NCBI GenBank assembly: GCA_963752155.1
Contig: CAVVXH010000009.1
Location: 1 to 26,578, forward strand
Direction: 5' to 3'
DNA: 26,578 bases
From: an uncultured Parachlamydiaceae bacterium
Lineage (GTDB): Bacteria > Chlamydiota > Chlamydiia > Chlamydiales > Parachlamydiaceae
Each line of letters begins with the position of its first letter. The first letter of the stretch is position 1. Positions 9,212 through 18,443 of this stretch are shown piece by piece. Made by a program: the position numbers and the translations under genes. Below the pieces are notes generated by a model that worked only from the letters and a program-made list of their open reading frames with translations, did no database searches and was not told the origin of the DNA.

Positions 9212-9503
9212 AGTAAATTCCATATGGCAAAGTACCAAAAATCCTAATTTCATACACCCACATCTAAGTGGTTGTAGCATTCTTGCCTAAAAAAAACAAG
9301 CTTTATCTCTGATTTCATCTGATTTCATATGCCCTAAATCAGGCTAAGTTGATAGATTTATTTCATTATTCCATATCAGATTCCAGGTGTTGAGCACATT
9401 TTTATTGAAATTTATCTGTTTTTTTTATTTAGTAAAATTATACCTCTATTAATTAGATATTTACTCTAATTGGTGTCTTTTATTAAAAATTAGGAGAAAG
9501 GAT

Positions 9504-10526
9504 ATGAAAACTATAAAAGCATGGGCAGCTCTTGAACCACATGGTAAGTTGCAACCTTTTAATTACGACCCACCTCCATTAACCGCAGAAGAAGTTGAAA
9601 TCGAAGTTGATTATTGCGGTCTTTGCCACACAGACCTTGCATTTATTAAAAACGAATGGGGGAATATACCTTTTCCTTTAGTTCCAGGACATGAAGTTGT
9701 CGGTCGCATTGTCGAATTGGGAGAAGTAGCCAAATCGAAAGGACTCAAAATAGGGCAAACAGTAGGTGTGGGGTGGAATAAAGAGAGTTGTCAGCATTGT
9801 AATCCATGCATAGAAGGGGCAAATCATCTCTGCTCTTCTATAAAGTGGACTATTTTTGGTAATTATGGAGGTTTTGCTGAACGCGTAAGAAGCCATTGGT
9901 TATGGACAATCCCTATTCCTGAAGGGATAAAAGTTGCTGATGCAGGGCCTTTATTTTGTGCAGGAATTACCGTATTTTCACCTCTGATGGAGTTTCAAGT
10001 CAAACCCACAGATCGAGTTGGGGTGTTTGGCATTGGTGGTCTCGGTCATCTTGCTCTGCAATTCTATCATGCCTGGGGATGTGACGTGACAGCGTTTTCT
10101 TCCAGCAAAGAAAAACAAGATGGAATTAAAGCTCTCGGTGCTGACCACATCGTATCGAGCAGAGATACAAAGGAATGGGAGGCTCTCAAAGGTCAATTGG
10201 ATTTTATTGTGATTACCGTATCGGTACCTTTAGATTGGAATAAAATTATTGCGATGTTGGCACCTAAAGGACGTTTGCATTTTGTAGGGATTGTTTATGA
10301 GCCTATACCGGTTTCTGTAGTGTCATTGCTAGTCCGACAAGCAGAAATTTCCGCTTCTCCATCAGGATCAAGAAGTTCAATGGATAAAATGTTGCGCTTT
10401 GCAGCTCAGCATAAAATCAGCCCAATGGTTGAACATTTTCCAATGAGTAAAGTGAATGAAGCTATCACTTATCTTGAAACAGGAAAACCAAATTATCGTA
10501 TTGTATTGGATGCTGATTTTAAATAG
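9504..10526 (+). CDS. Zinc-dependent NAD(P)H alcohol dehydrogenase / aldehyde reductase (Ahr/CAD-like)
   Basis: CGLCHTD, PGHEVVG, structural-Zn CQHCNPC...C, GIGGLG, C-terminal YRIVL; AGGAG RBS. Confidence 0.95.
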   Translation: MKTIKAWAALEPHGKLQPFNYDPPPLTAEEVEIEVDYCGLCHTDLAFIKNEWGNIPFPLVPGHEVVGRIVELGEVAKSKGLKIGQTVGVGWNKESCQHCNPCIEGANHLCSSIKWTIFGNYGGFAERVRSHWLWTIPIPEGIKVADAGPLFCAGITVFSPLMEFQVKPTDRVGVFGIGGLGHLALQFYHAWGCDVTAFSSSKEKQDGIKALGADHIVSSRDTKEWEALKGQLDFIVITVSVPLDWNKIIAMLAPKGRLHFVGIVYEPIPVSVVSLLVRQAEISASPSGSRSSMDKMLRFAAQHKISPMVEHFPMSKVNEAITYLETGKPNYRIVLDADFK

Positions 10527-10543
10527 GATTAGAACCACATGAC

Positions 10544-10568
10544 CCCCTATACGCCTGGTATATAGGGG
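10544..10568. terminator. Hairpin between convergent genes
   Basis: CCCCTATA-N9-TATAGGGG between stops at 10526 and 10584. Confidence 0.55.
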
Positions 10569-10583
10569 TGATCGGGCTTATTT

Positions 10584-11015
10584 TTAATATGAATCAAAAT
10601 AAGATCTATAGTCAGGATAGTAATAATATTCGGAGCGATGGCGTGGAAAATAATCATAAAGATAAGAATCGAAATAATCTGGGTAATAATAGTTATTTAA
10701 ATAATAAAAGTAATCTGGATAGTAATAAAATCCATTGTATCCATTCCAATTCCAATTTCTTAAATTAAATCCATAGTTGTAATATTTATAATCATAATGC
10801 CTATGATTATTAAAACCGTGATCATGATAGCCATTACGGAAGTTACCATAACGGTTGAAATGCCCGAAATGATCTGCTCTACTTCGATTTAATCGAGCTG
10901 TAATGAAAGTTGATTCATTAGTATATGTAGTCGGGAGTTGAGTTTCGGAAGTAGGAAAAATTGTTCCTAAAAGAAGTATAAAAATTAAAGAGATTTTTGA
11001 AGTAGTTAAATACAT
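10584..11015 (-). CDS. Secreted Tyr/Asn-rich low-complexity hypothetical protein
   Basis: Signal-peptide-like N-terminus; three YYYPDY repeats; GAGG RBS and a good promoter upstream. Confidence 0.75.
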   Translation of the reverse strand: MYLTTSKISLIFILLLGTIFPTSETQLPTTYTNESTFITARLNRSRADHFGHFNRYGNFRNGYHDHGFNNHRHYDYKYYNYGFNLRNWNWNGYNGFYYYPDYFYYLNNYYYPDYFDSYLYDYFPRHRSEYYYYPDYRSYFDSY

Positions 11016-11047
11016 ATTAACCTCTAGCAGAGAGACTATCTATTCTT

Positions 11048-11077
11048 AGTATATCATCAAAATTAAGGAAATGTCAA
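11048..11077 (-). promoter_or_regulatory. Putative sigma70/sigma66 promoter of ORF 10584-11015
   Basis: Minus strand TTGACA-N18-TATACT with TG extension of the -10. Confidence 0.6.
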
Positions 11078-11154
11078 ATAGGCATCAATTCTCGCAAAAT
11101 GACAGAATAGTTTTTTAATCACTTCAAAAAAAGCATTTACATTCTCTACCTTAA

Positions 11155-11282
11155 ACATAGAAATACATAGAAACTTAAATTTTCTATGTTCCAATATCTC
11201 CTTAGACTTCAAATACTTTTTTGCCTATTTGTCCACTTGTCCACATGTCTACTTGACGGAAAAAACACAATTCGCCTACAAT
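11155..11282 (+). promoter_or_regulatory. TA operon promoter with upstream operator-like repeats
   Basis: TTGACG (11253-11258)-N18-TACAAT (11277-11282); three 8-bp repeats TGTCYACW at 11230-11253; ACATAGAAA twice direct (11155, 11165) and once inverted (11181). Confidence 0.6.
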
Positions 11283-11308
11283 TAGGATAAGCAACCAAGG
11301 GAGGATAT

Positions 11309-11575
11309 ATGGGAGCTCATTCACACACCCATAGAATAAAAATCAGCGTCGATGTTTCCGAAGAGGAAAAAACCTACATTAAAATGATCGCAGCCAAGAA
11401 AAGAATAACTATTAGTGAGTTTATTATGTCTTTTGTTAGACCTAATATTCCTCATTCCGAACCCAATGCTGAGACAAAAAAGGCAATGAGGGATATTGAA
11501 GAAAACAAGAATCTTACACGGTATAAAACTGTTGATGATTTTTGGGCTGATATGGGATTAGATCCAAATGCTTGA
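11309..11575 (+). CDS. Type II antitoxin, RelB/DinJ-like
   Basis: N-terminal RHH-like KISVDVSEEEKTYIK; C-terminal PNAETKKAM...YKTVDDFWAD; overlaps the toxin gene by 8 nt. Confidence 0.85.
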   Translation: MGAHSHTHRIKISVDVSEEEKTYIKMIAAKKRITISEFIMSFVRPNIPHSEPNAETKKAMRDIEENKNLTRYKTVDDFWADMGLDPNA

Positions 11576-11840
11576 AGTCGTGCCGACCAAACCTTTTAAA
11601 AGAGACTTAAAGAAATACCAACATAGAAGAGATGTGGTCAAGGAACTATATGAAGTTATTTCAACCTTGGCTAAAGAAGAACCTTTGGATCCGAAAAAGA
11701 AAGATCATAATTTAATTGGTGGTTATGTTAATTACAAAGAATGTCATGTTAAAAATGATGTTCTATTAATTTATCGAGTCGATCAAGACACTAAAAGCCT
11801 ATACTTGGCTAGGTTTGGATCTCACTCTGAACTGTTTTAG
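11568..11840 (+). CDS. yafQ: Type II toxin, YafQ family mRNA interferase
   Basis: FKRDLKK, DHNLIG, ECHVKNDVLLIY, RFGSHSELF. Confidence 0.93.
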   Translation: MLEVVPTKPFKRDLKKYQHRRDVVKELYEVISTLAKEEPLDPKKKDHNLIGGYVNYKECHVKNDVLLIYRVDQDTKSLYLARFGSHSELF

Positions 11841-11912
11841 CAGTTACAGTTATTGGAAACCTCTTTATGCCTTGCAGGATTACCGTTATGTTTTATTGAT
11901 AACAGAGAATAG

Positions 11913-11968
11913 ATCCTTTGTGTAAAGTTTTTGTTTTTTAAAATTTTTTATACACAAAGGATTTTTTT
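11913..11968 (+). terminator. Putative intrinsic terminator after yafQ
   Basis: ATCCTTTGTGTA-N26-TACACAAAGGAT followed by a T run. Confidence 0.55.
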
Positions 11969-12151
11969 ATTGTACTCCTGAGCAATGGCCGGAATAATTA
12001 TTTTTTTAATAAACGATTTTCCGAAAGAAAATCACTCATTCGCAATTGCTGGGAGAATTGCTGAATGCTAAGAAATTACTTGCAAGATTAATACCAAAAA
12101 TCTAAAATCAAAATTTTTTACTGCTGATTTGAAAACTATAAGGGAGATTCT

Positions 12152-12379
12152 ATGGCACGCGTTCCACTTTTACGGCTAATTATTTGTTTGTTATTCGTCT
12201 TACCATGTTATGTTTTTTCTGGAGAAGAGAATTTTCTTTTAATTGACGGCATCTCAAATGAAAAAATCATGGAATTTGGGCCTAATATAAATACGCAAAT
12301 GAGTCCTTGTTCAACTTTTAAGATTCCTTTGAGCTTGATGGGATATTTAACAATGAACAAATATGAAGAAATTTTATGA
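12152..12379 (+). pseudogene. N-terminal fragment of a class D (OXA-like) beta-lactamase
   Basis: Signal peptide plus SPCSTFKIPLSLMGY (STFK active-site motif); similarity stops near 12345; SxV and KTG motifs absent. Confidence 0.85.
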
Positions 12380-13532
12380 AAGCGGCTATAAAAATAAACA
12401 ACCTTTCTAAGACTTTCCTTGCCAGAGACACATTTCCAGGTATTTTTGGAGCTATTAAAGGGCTTTTTGTTGCTCAAAATCGTGAATTGAATGCGATTAG
12501 GGATTTATCCTTTGAAATTGCAACTGGAGAGCGGGTAGCTTTTATCGGACCGAATGGAGCAGGAAAATCAACAACAATTAAGATGTTAACTGGAATTCTT
12601 TATCCTACCTCTGGGCATGTTGAAGTTCTTGGTTTAATCCCTTGGAAAGATAGACATGCTTTAGGATATCAAATAGGGACTGTTTTCGGGCAAAGGACTC
12701 AGTTGTGGTATCATTTGCCCCCTTCAGATACTTTTGATTTACTTTCAAAAATCTACGAAATCGATCCACGGACATATAAAGATCGTCTTCAAGAGCTTGT
12801 ATGCTTGTTCGAGATCGAGCATCTTTTATATAAACCGGTGCGTCAGCTTTCTTTAGGTGAAAGAATGCGGTGCGAAATTGTCGCTAGCTTGCTTCATAAA
12901 CCTAAAATTCTTTTTTTAGATGAACCTACAATCGGTTTAGATATAAATGCAAAATTAATGATTCGCGATCTTTTGAATAGATTGTCTAAGGACTACGGAA
13001 CTACATTATTTCTTACATCGCACGATACAGCAGATATAGAACAAGTATGCGATCGTGTTATTATATTAGATAAAGGTTTGATTATTACTGATAGCTCCCT
13101 GAAAGATTTGAAAAAAACATACATGAAAAAGAAAATTCTTACGTTAGTTATGGATGAAGAATACCTTTCGTTAAACCTAGAAACGGCAGTTCAAGATGAT
13201 AAAGTGATGCAAGATTTTGAGTTAGAATCGCTTTTGATGGGGGCGATCATTCCCAAAAGGTGAAGGCGCCTCCCATCAGAAGCGATTATGGCTCAAAAGA
13301 TTGCGTCAATTTATCGTCTTCAACTGCCGTTTCTAGGTTAAACCTTTCAGGAATTAAGGTTTTAGAAAATGCACACCATCATTTCATTTGTGAAGTAGAT
13401 ATAGGATCTACACCGATCGATCGGGTAATTCAAGAAGCTTTAAAATTGACAACACTCAAAGATATAACGATTGAAGACCCCTCTATGGAAGAAGTGATAC
13501 GTCTTTTATATGGGGCAAATAGCAATGCTTAA
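12376..13532 (+). pseudogene. ABC-2 type transporter ATP-binding subunit, interrupted by a 167-bp palindromic insertion
   Basis: GPNGAGKST, LSLGERMR, LFLDEP, LTSH; removing 13174-13340 fuses the two ORFs into one 329-aa frame (EEYLSL|NLSGIKVLE). Confidence 0.9.
13174..13340. mobile_element. Palindromic MITE-like insertion
   Basis: Perfect 18-bp terminal inverted repeat AACCTAGAAACGGCAGTT; ~72-nt imperfect arms; GTTAAACCT repeated at 13170 and 13337, so the exact TSD length is ambiguous (TAA is one option). Confidence 0.9.
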
Positions 13533-14313
13533 GATTCAAAAGTATCTGTCGATTTTTAATTTATCCTTTCTCCATGCTTTCAAAAATTATAAGGCTTTGA
13601 TAGGATTGAGCATTTTCTTGATGACTTGCTTAATCATTTTTGCACATCTTTGGAAAATTGCTGCTGCAAAAGCAGGTGTGGTCACTTTTAGCCCTGAACA
13701 ACTTCTTTGGTACATTGCGTTTAATGAATGGGTATTGGTGTCAATACCTGACACCCAAGAAGAGATGGAGCACGATCTACGCAGTGGACGATTAGCTTAT
13801 TTGCTTCCAAGGCCCATCTCTTATCTTGGAGCGACATTCGTTGAAGCTTTAGGGATTTTAACCGTAAATCTACTTGTATTAGGATTCGTTACATTTTTAT
13901 TTACTTGGTGGCAAGTCGGAGCTTTACCTTTTCACCCTATAGGTTTATTAGTAACGATATTATTTGGTTTTATAGCAGGTTTAATTGTAATTATTTTTCA
14001 AATGCTCATTGGTCTTTCAGCCTTTTGGCTTCAGGATGTCAGTCCTTTTTACTGGGTATGGGAGAAACTCCTATTTATGCTTGGGGGGTTGATGCTTCCT
14101 CTAGCTGTCTATCCACAATGGATGCAAACTTTAGCGCATTTCACTCCTTTTCCTGCCATTTTGGGAGAAAGAAGTGCCTTGGCTTTAGATTTTAATTTGG
14201 ATAGCATTTTGACTCTTACACTTTCATTAACTGGATGGGGTATTTTTGGGCTAATTTCTCTTCTGCTTGTGTATCGCAAGGGATTACGCATTTTAAATGT
14301 TGAAGGAGGGTGA
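13525..14313 (+). CDS. ABC-2 family transporter permease
   Basis: About 6 TM segments, DLRSGRLAYLLPRPISY, LGGLMLPLAVYP; ATG at 13525 overlaps the ATPase end (13510 is an alternative). Confidence 0.9.
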   Translation: MLKIQKYLSIFNLSFLHAFKNYKALIGLSIFLMTCLIIFAHLWKIAAAKAGVVTFSPEQLLWYIAFNEWVLVSIPDTQEEMEHDLRSGRLAYLLPRPISYLGATFVEALGILTVNLLVLGFVTFLFTWWQVGALPFHPIGLLVTILFGFIAGLIVIIFQMLIGLSAFWLQDVSPFYWVWEKLLFMLGGLMLPLAVYPQWMQTLAHFTPFPAILGERSALALDFNLDSILTLTLSLTGWGIFGLISLLLVYRKGLRILNVEGG

Positions 14314-14317
14314 CGTT

Positions 14318-15100
14318 GTGATAAAAACCATCACTTTTTTTATATACCTTCTGAGAACAAGCATCAAGGCATCTATTAGTAACAGAGGGGTCTTTCTTAT
14401 TGAATCGGGATTGATGATAGCAAATAACCTTATCTTTTTTATTATATGGTGGATCTTTTTTCGTCAGTTTAATGATGTTGCAGGTTGGAATTTCAACGAT
14501 ATGATCATTTTGTTGGCAGTTGGAACAGCGGCCAATGGATTGATGCATATTTGCTTTGGAGGAATAAGAAATTTATCAAAAATTATTATTAATGGTGATC
14601 TTGATCCATTCATGACTCAACCAAAAAATTTGCTCCTACATATTGCTGGCTCGAGGTCGCATTCAAAAGGATGGGGGCACCTGATGACAGCTCTAGTTTT
14701 AATCATCTTAGGAGGCGTTTCGTTAACCACCGTCCCTTTAATTTTGATAAGTATTTTGACCGGATGCTTAGTGTTTACAGCGATAAATATCATCGCACAT
14801 AGCCTTCCTTTTTGGATGGGTTCCGTTGAAGGATTATCTAAGAAATATTGTGATGCACTTTTTCTATTTGCTCTTTATCCTACGAATATTTATTCAGGAT
14901 TGCTTCAAATCATGATGTTCACCGTGATTCCCGCTGGCGTTATTAGTTATCTTCCAGTTGAGCTAATCAGAGATTTTTCATGGGATAAATTAGTTATTTT
15001 AATCTTAAGCTCTTTAAGTTTTATTGTTATTGCTTTTATTGTTTTTTATTCTGGGCTTAAAAAGTATGAATCTGGAAACAAGTTTGGGACTCGTTTGTAA
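14318..15100 (+). CDS. ABC-2 family transporter permease
   Basis: About 6 TM segments, IINGDLDPFMTQPKN, YPTNIY, YESGN; GTG at 14318 preceded by GGAGG. Confidence 0.9.
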   Translation: MIKTITFFIYLLRTSIKASISNRGVFLIESGLMIANNLIFFIIWWIFFRQFNDVAGWNFNDMIILLAVGTAANGLMHICFGGIRNLSKIIINGDLDPFMTQPKNLLLHIAGSRSHSKGWGHLMTALVLIILGGVSLTTVPLILISILTGCLVFTAINIIAHSLPFWMGSVEGLSKKYCDALFLFALYPTNIYSGLLQIMMFTVIPAGVISYLPVELIRDFSWDKLVILILSSLSFIVIAFIVFYSGLKKYESGNKFGTRL

Positions 15101-15135
15101 TTAGGGAAGAATTGCTGGTTATCAGTAAATTGTAG

Positions 15136-15414
15136 CGATAAAAACGATAAAAACGATAAGAACGATAAGAACGATAAAAACGATAAAAACGATAAAAACG
15201 ATAAAAACGATAAGAACGATAAAAACGATAAGAACGATAAAAACGATAAAAACGATAAGAACGATAAGAACGATAAAAACGATAAGAACGATAAAAACGA
15301 TAAAAACGATAAAAACGATAAAAACGATAAAAACGATAAAAACGATAAAAACGATAAGAACGATAAAAACGATAAGAACGATAAGAACGATAAAAACTAT
15401 AAAAACGAGAAGAA
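15136..15414 (+). repeat. 9-bp tandem repeat CGATAA(A/G)AA, 29 canonical plus 2 degenerate units
   Basis: Counted directly; the canonical units differ only at position 7 (A or G). Confidence 0.97.
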
Positions 15415-15529
15415 GTCTGGTTGTAAGAAAAACGTGGAATTAAAATGTTGTGAAATTTTGGGAGCAAACATCAAGCGCAATTATTCAACTATTTAAAAGT
15501 TTCTCAACTTCAAAACAATGAGGACTTCC

Positions 15530-15637
15530 TTCTCATCGTTCTTATCGTTCTTATCGTTCTTATCGTTTTTATCGTTTTTATCATTCTTATCGTTCTTATC
15601 GTTCTTATCGTTTTTATCGTTTTTATCGTTTTTATCG
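15530..15637 (-). repeat. Inverted array of the same 9-bp unit, TT(C/T)TTATCG x12
   Basis: Reverse complement of the 15136-15414 unit; 2 units carry one extra substitution. Confidence 0.95.
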
Positions 15638-15711
15638 TCTCATCGTTTGCATCATTGATTACGTCTACATAAAAAAACATATCCAGACAACATCGTGAAT
15701 AAGTGTTAATT

Positions 15712-15739
15712 TCCTTATCCTTATCCTTATCCTTATCCT
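15712..15739. repeat. 6-bp microsatellite (TCCTTA) x4.7
   Basis: Seen directly; the minus-strand unit GATAAG is the core of the neighbouring 9-mer. Confidence 0.85.
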
Positions 15740-15816
15740 GATGCGTATGGATTCCGATGTTGAGGGCAGCCACATGGCCTCTAAGCAGTCCAAACTGCTG
15801 CGTAAGGTCATAACAG

Positions 15817-16671
15817 CTAAAAATTTGATATATGTGTCATCAAATCAATAAACATCTTTGCGTTTCTGGATAACTTTCTATGTTTTGAGAAAATTGCTAA
15901 AATTTTATAAGGAATAGAAGGAATACTACAGTCATATGGGATTAAAGATCGCTTCCCTATGATATAATCAGGGAGAAAACCGATTCCCAGCCCCTGTTCC
16001 GTTAGGCTTGCAATGACTTCCCAACTTGAAATTTCCATATAGGATTTAATCTCGAAATTTTTATCCTGAAGGTGCTGTCGTAGGAGTGAGACTTCTTTGC
16101 GCTCTTCACTGAGAATAAATCTAGTCATAGATGCTTCAGAGGTCTTTTTTGTTCTATATAACCGATATTCTCCCTTATAGATCTCTTTGGTATGAAATGA
16201 AGAGAAGTCTTCGTTGTCAAGGACTATACCAAAATCAACATCTCCTTTTTTAACGAGGTCGATAATTGTCCCAGTATGACCAAATCTCAAAACAGGATCG
16301 ATAGCTCCAGATATTTGTGAAAGTTTTCCTAAGTAGGGTGGAAGCAATGAGAGAGCAAAACTGTGAGTGCAGGCAAAAGAAAGTTTCCCTTTAAATACAC
16401 CTTCGGTCTCATTGAAGCAATCTTCGATCTCAGAGAATATCGAGAATATTTCTTTGCATTTGTCAAGGAGAAGTAATCCATCCGGAGTGAGTTGAAATCG
16501 ATTCTGTTCATGGGTAATCAACTGTTTTTCTAATGCTACTTCCAATTTATTAATCGCTTGGCTAATTGCAGACTGGCTGACAAAGTTTTCTTTAGCCGCT
16601 TTTGAAATGCTCTTGGATTGTCCTGCACTGAAAAAATAACGAAGGAATGTGAGGTTTGGAGTAAATTTCAT
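15817..16671 (-). CDS. LysR family transcriptional regulator
   Basis: SISKAAKENFVSQSAISQAINKLE HTH, LTPDG, GLGIGFLP; ATG at 16671 preceded by AAGGGA. Confidence 0.95.
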   Translation of the reverse strand: MKFTPNLTFLRYFFSAGQSKSISKAAKENFVSQSAISQAINKLEVALEKQLITHEQNRFQLTPDGLLLLDKCKEIFSIFSEIEDCFNETEGVFKGKLSFACTHSFALSLLPPYLGKLSQISGAIDPVLRFGHTGTIIDLVKKGDVDFGIVLDNEDFSSFHTKEIYKGEYRLYRTKKTSEASMTRFILSEERKEVSLLRQHLQDKNFEIKSYMEISSWEVIASLTEQGLGIGFLPDYIIGKRSLIPYDCSIPSIPYKILAIFSKHRKLSRNAKMFIDLMTHISNF

Positions 16672-16683
16672 TGGGTCCCTTGT

Positions 16684-16698
16684 ATAAGTAATACTAAT
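16684..16698. promoter_or_regulatory. Putative LysR recognition box
   Basis: ATAAG-TAATA-CTAAT, an imperfect dyad containing T-N11-A, immediately upstream of lysR in the divergent spacer. Confidence 0.5.
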
Positions 16699-16783
16699 GC
16701 ATAGTATCATATTTATTAATTTTTTCTAAAACTAAATTTCGAATAGACTGAATTTTAAACCAGCAACAAAAGAGGAGAAATCA

Positions 16784-18315
16784 ATGAGTACAAAAGAATC
16801 AACAATGCCTGAATTTACCGGATGGAGGGCAGCATTGTGGCCGATACATCGGTTTGAGCTTAAAAAGTTTCTTCCATTATCGTTCATTATGTTTTGTTTA
16901 CTATTTAATTATACGATTTTGCGAGATACAAAGGATACTTTGGTAGTGACTTCAGCAGGAGCAGGAGCGATTACATTTTTGAAATTATATTGTGTAACTC
17001 CAGTCGCAATTCTATTTGTGATTATTTATGCTAAGTTAACAAATATATTGAATCGAGAAACTATTTTTTATGCAGTAGTTGCTCCATTCTTGATATTTTT
17101 TGGTCTCTTTGGATTTTTGATCTATCCAAATTTAGATCTTTTGCATCCTTCAGTTGAGTCTATAAACGCTTTACATGCAAGTTATCCACGTTTAAGTGGA
17201 TTTATTGATCTATATGCTTATTGGGCTTATTCAGTGTTTTATGTATTAGCTGAAATTTGGGGGAGTGCCATGATTGCTCTAATGTTTTGGCAATTTGCTA
17301 ACTACGTAGTACGCATGAGAGAGTCTAAAAGATTTTATGGATTATTTGCAGTAGTGGGTAACGTAGCCTTGATTTTTTCTGGACAAGTTGTAGGTTTTTC
17401 TTCCGGATATATTCAAAATTTCTTTGCAACTAAAGAAGAAGCGTGGGAAGTGTCACTTTATTTATTAATGGGTGCTGTCGTATTTTTTGGGTTAATTTCT
17501 ATGGTCATCTATCGCTGGATGCATACTAATGTACTGGTCGATAAACTCTATTTTGATCAGGATGAGCACATTCAACCAAAGAAAAAGAAAAAAAAGCCCT
17601 CTTTATTGGAAAGTATAAAGGTGATTTTATGTTCACCGGAGCTAGGTCTAATTGCGGTTTTGATTATGGCCTATGGTGTAGCAATCAATCTTGTTGAAGT
17701 TCAGTGGAAACATCAGCTGGGACTTTGGTATGGAAGTGATAAAGGGGGTTTCAATTGGTTCATGGGCAATATTCTACAACCACAGGTGTTGCCACTATAT
17801 TGTTTGGACTTTTTGCAGGATCAAATATTCTGCGCAGTGTAAGCTGGTTTAAAGCTGCTATCATTACTCCATTAGTGATTACAGTGGGTGGAATAGTATT
17901 TTTCCTTTTTGTATTCTCTGAAGCATTTATGGAGTTCATTTTAAAGAATTTGGCCTCTGTGAGTGCTGTAACTGCGGCGACTTTTTTAGGGGCTTTTATT
18001 TTGATTGCAAGCAAAGCAATCAAGTATATACTTTTTGATGCTACCAAAGAGATGGCTTATATCCCTCTTGACGAAGAATTAAAGTCAAAGGGAAAAGCTG
18101 CCGTAGACGTCATTGGTGGCCGTGTAGGCAAGGCCGGAGGAGCTTTTACTCAAAGCACTCTTTTAATTCTTTTTGCAACTAAAGATGTAGTAGCGATTGC
18201 TCCTCAGGCTTTCATAGTTTTTGCTGTGGTCTGCAGTCTTTGGATGATTTCTGTTAAAGTCTTGGCACGCAAGGTTGACGAAGCTGTTGAACCTCTTTCT
18301 GTAGAATGCTTATAG
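16784..18315 (+). pseudogene. TLC/NTT family nucleotide (ATP/ADP) translocase with a single-base frameshift
   Basis: ELKKFLP, NYTILRDTKDTLVV, AEIWGS, FWQFAN, NLVEVQWK, KYILFDATKEMAYIPLD, KGKAAVDV, GKAGG; adding one G at 17764-17766 gives FMGQYSTTTG and a 510-aa protein. Confidence 0.93.
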
Positions 18316-18443
18316 AAGAAGTCTTTTCGATCTTTTCAATTAATCTAAATTGTGTTAATTACTTTTTTTAAGTTGTTTTCGGCGTATTTGCCCCTTTTAG
18401 AGTGGTCGTCACAATTTATTTTTTCATGTTGGGGACTTCCTGT

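Noticed and set aside
9308..9328. TCTGATTTCA direct repeat x2
   Set aside because: Only two copies in AT-rich DNA; insufficient support for a function
13260..13532. Independent 90-aa gene
   Set aside because: Its N-terminus comes from the insertion and the rest is the ATPase C-terminus
15136..15637. CRISPR array
   Set aside because: Contiguous 9-bp units with no unique spacers and no cas genes
15057..15773. ORFs 15057-15467 (FYR/SYR) and 15510-15773 (TIK/TIR) as proteins
   Set aside because: Open frames are a by-product of the 9-bp repeat; weak starts and no supporting RBS noted
17755..18315. Independent 186-aa transporter or programmed frameshift
   Set aside because: It is the NTT C-terminal part; no long slippery tract at the junction
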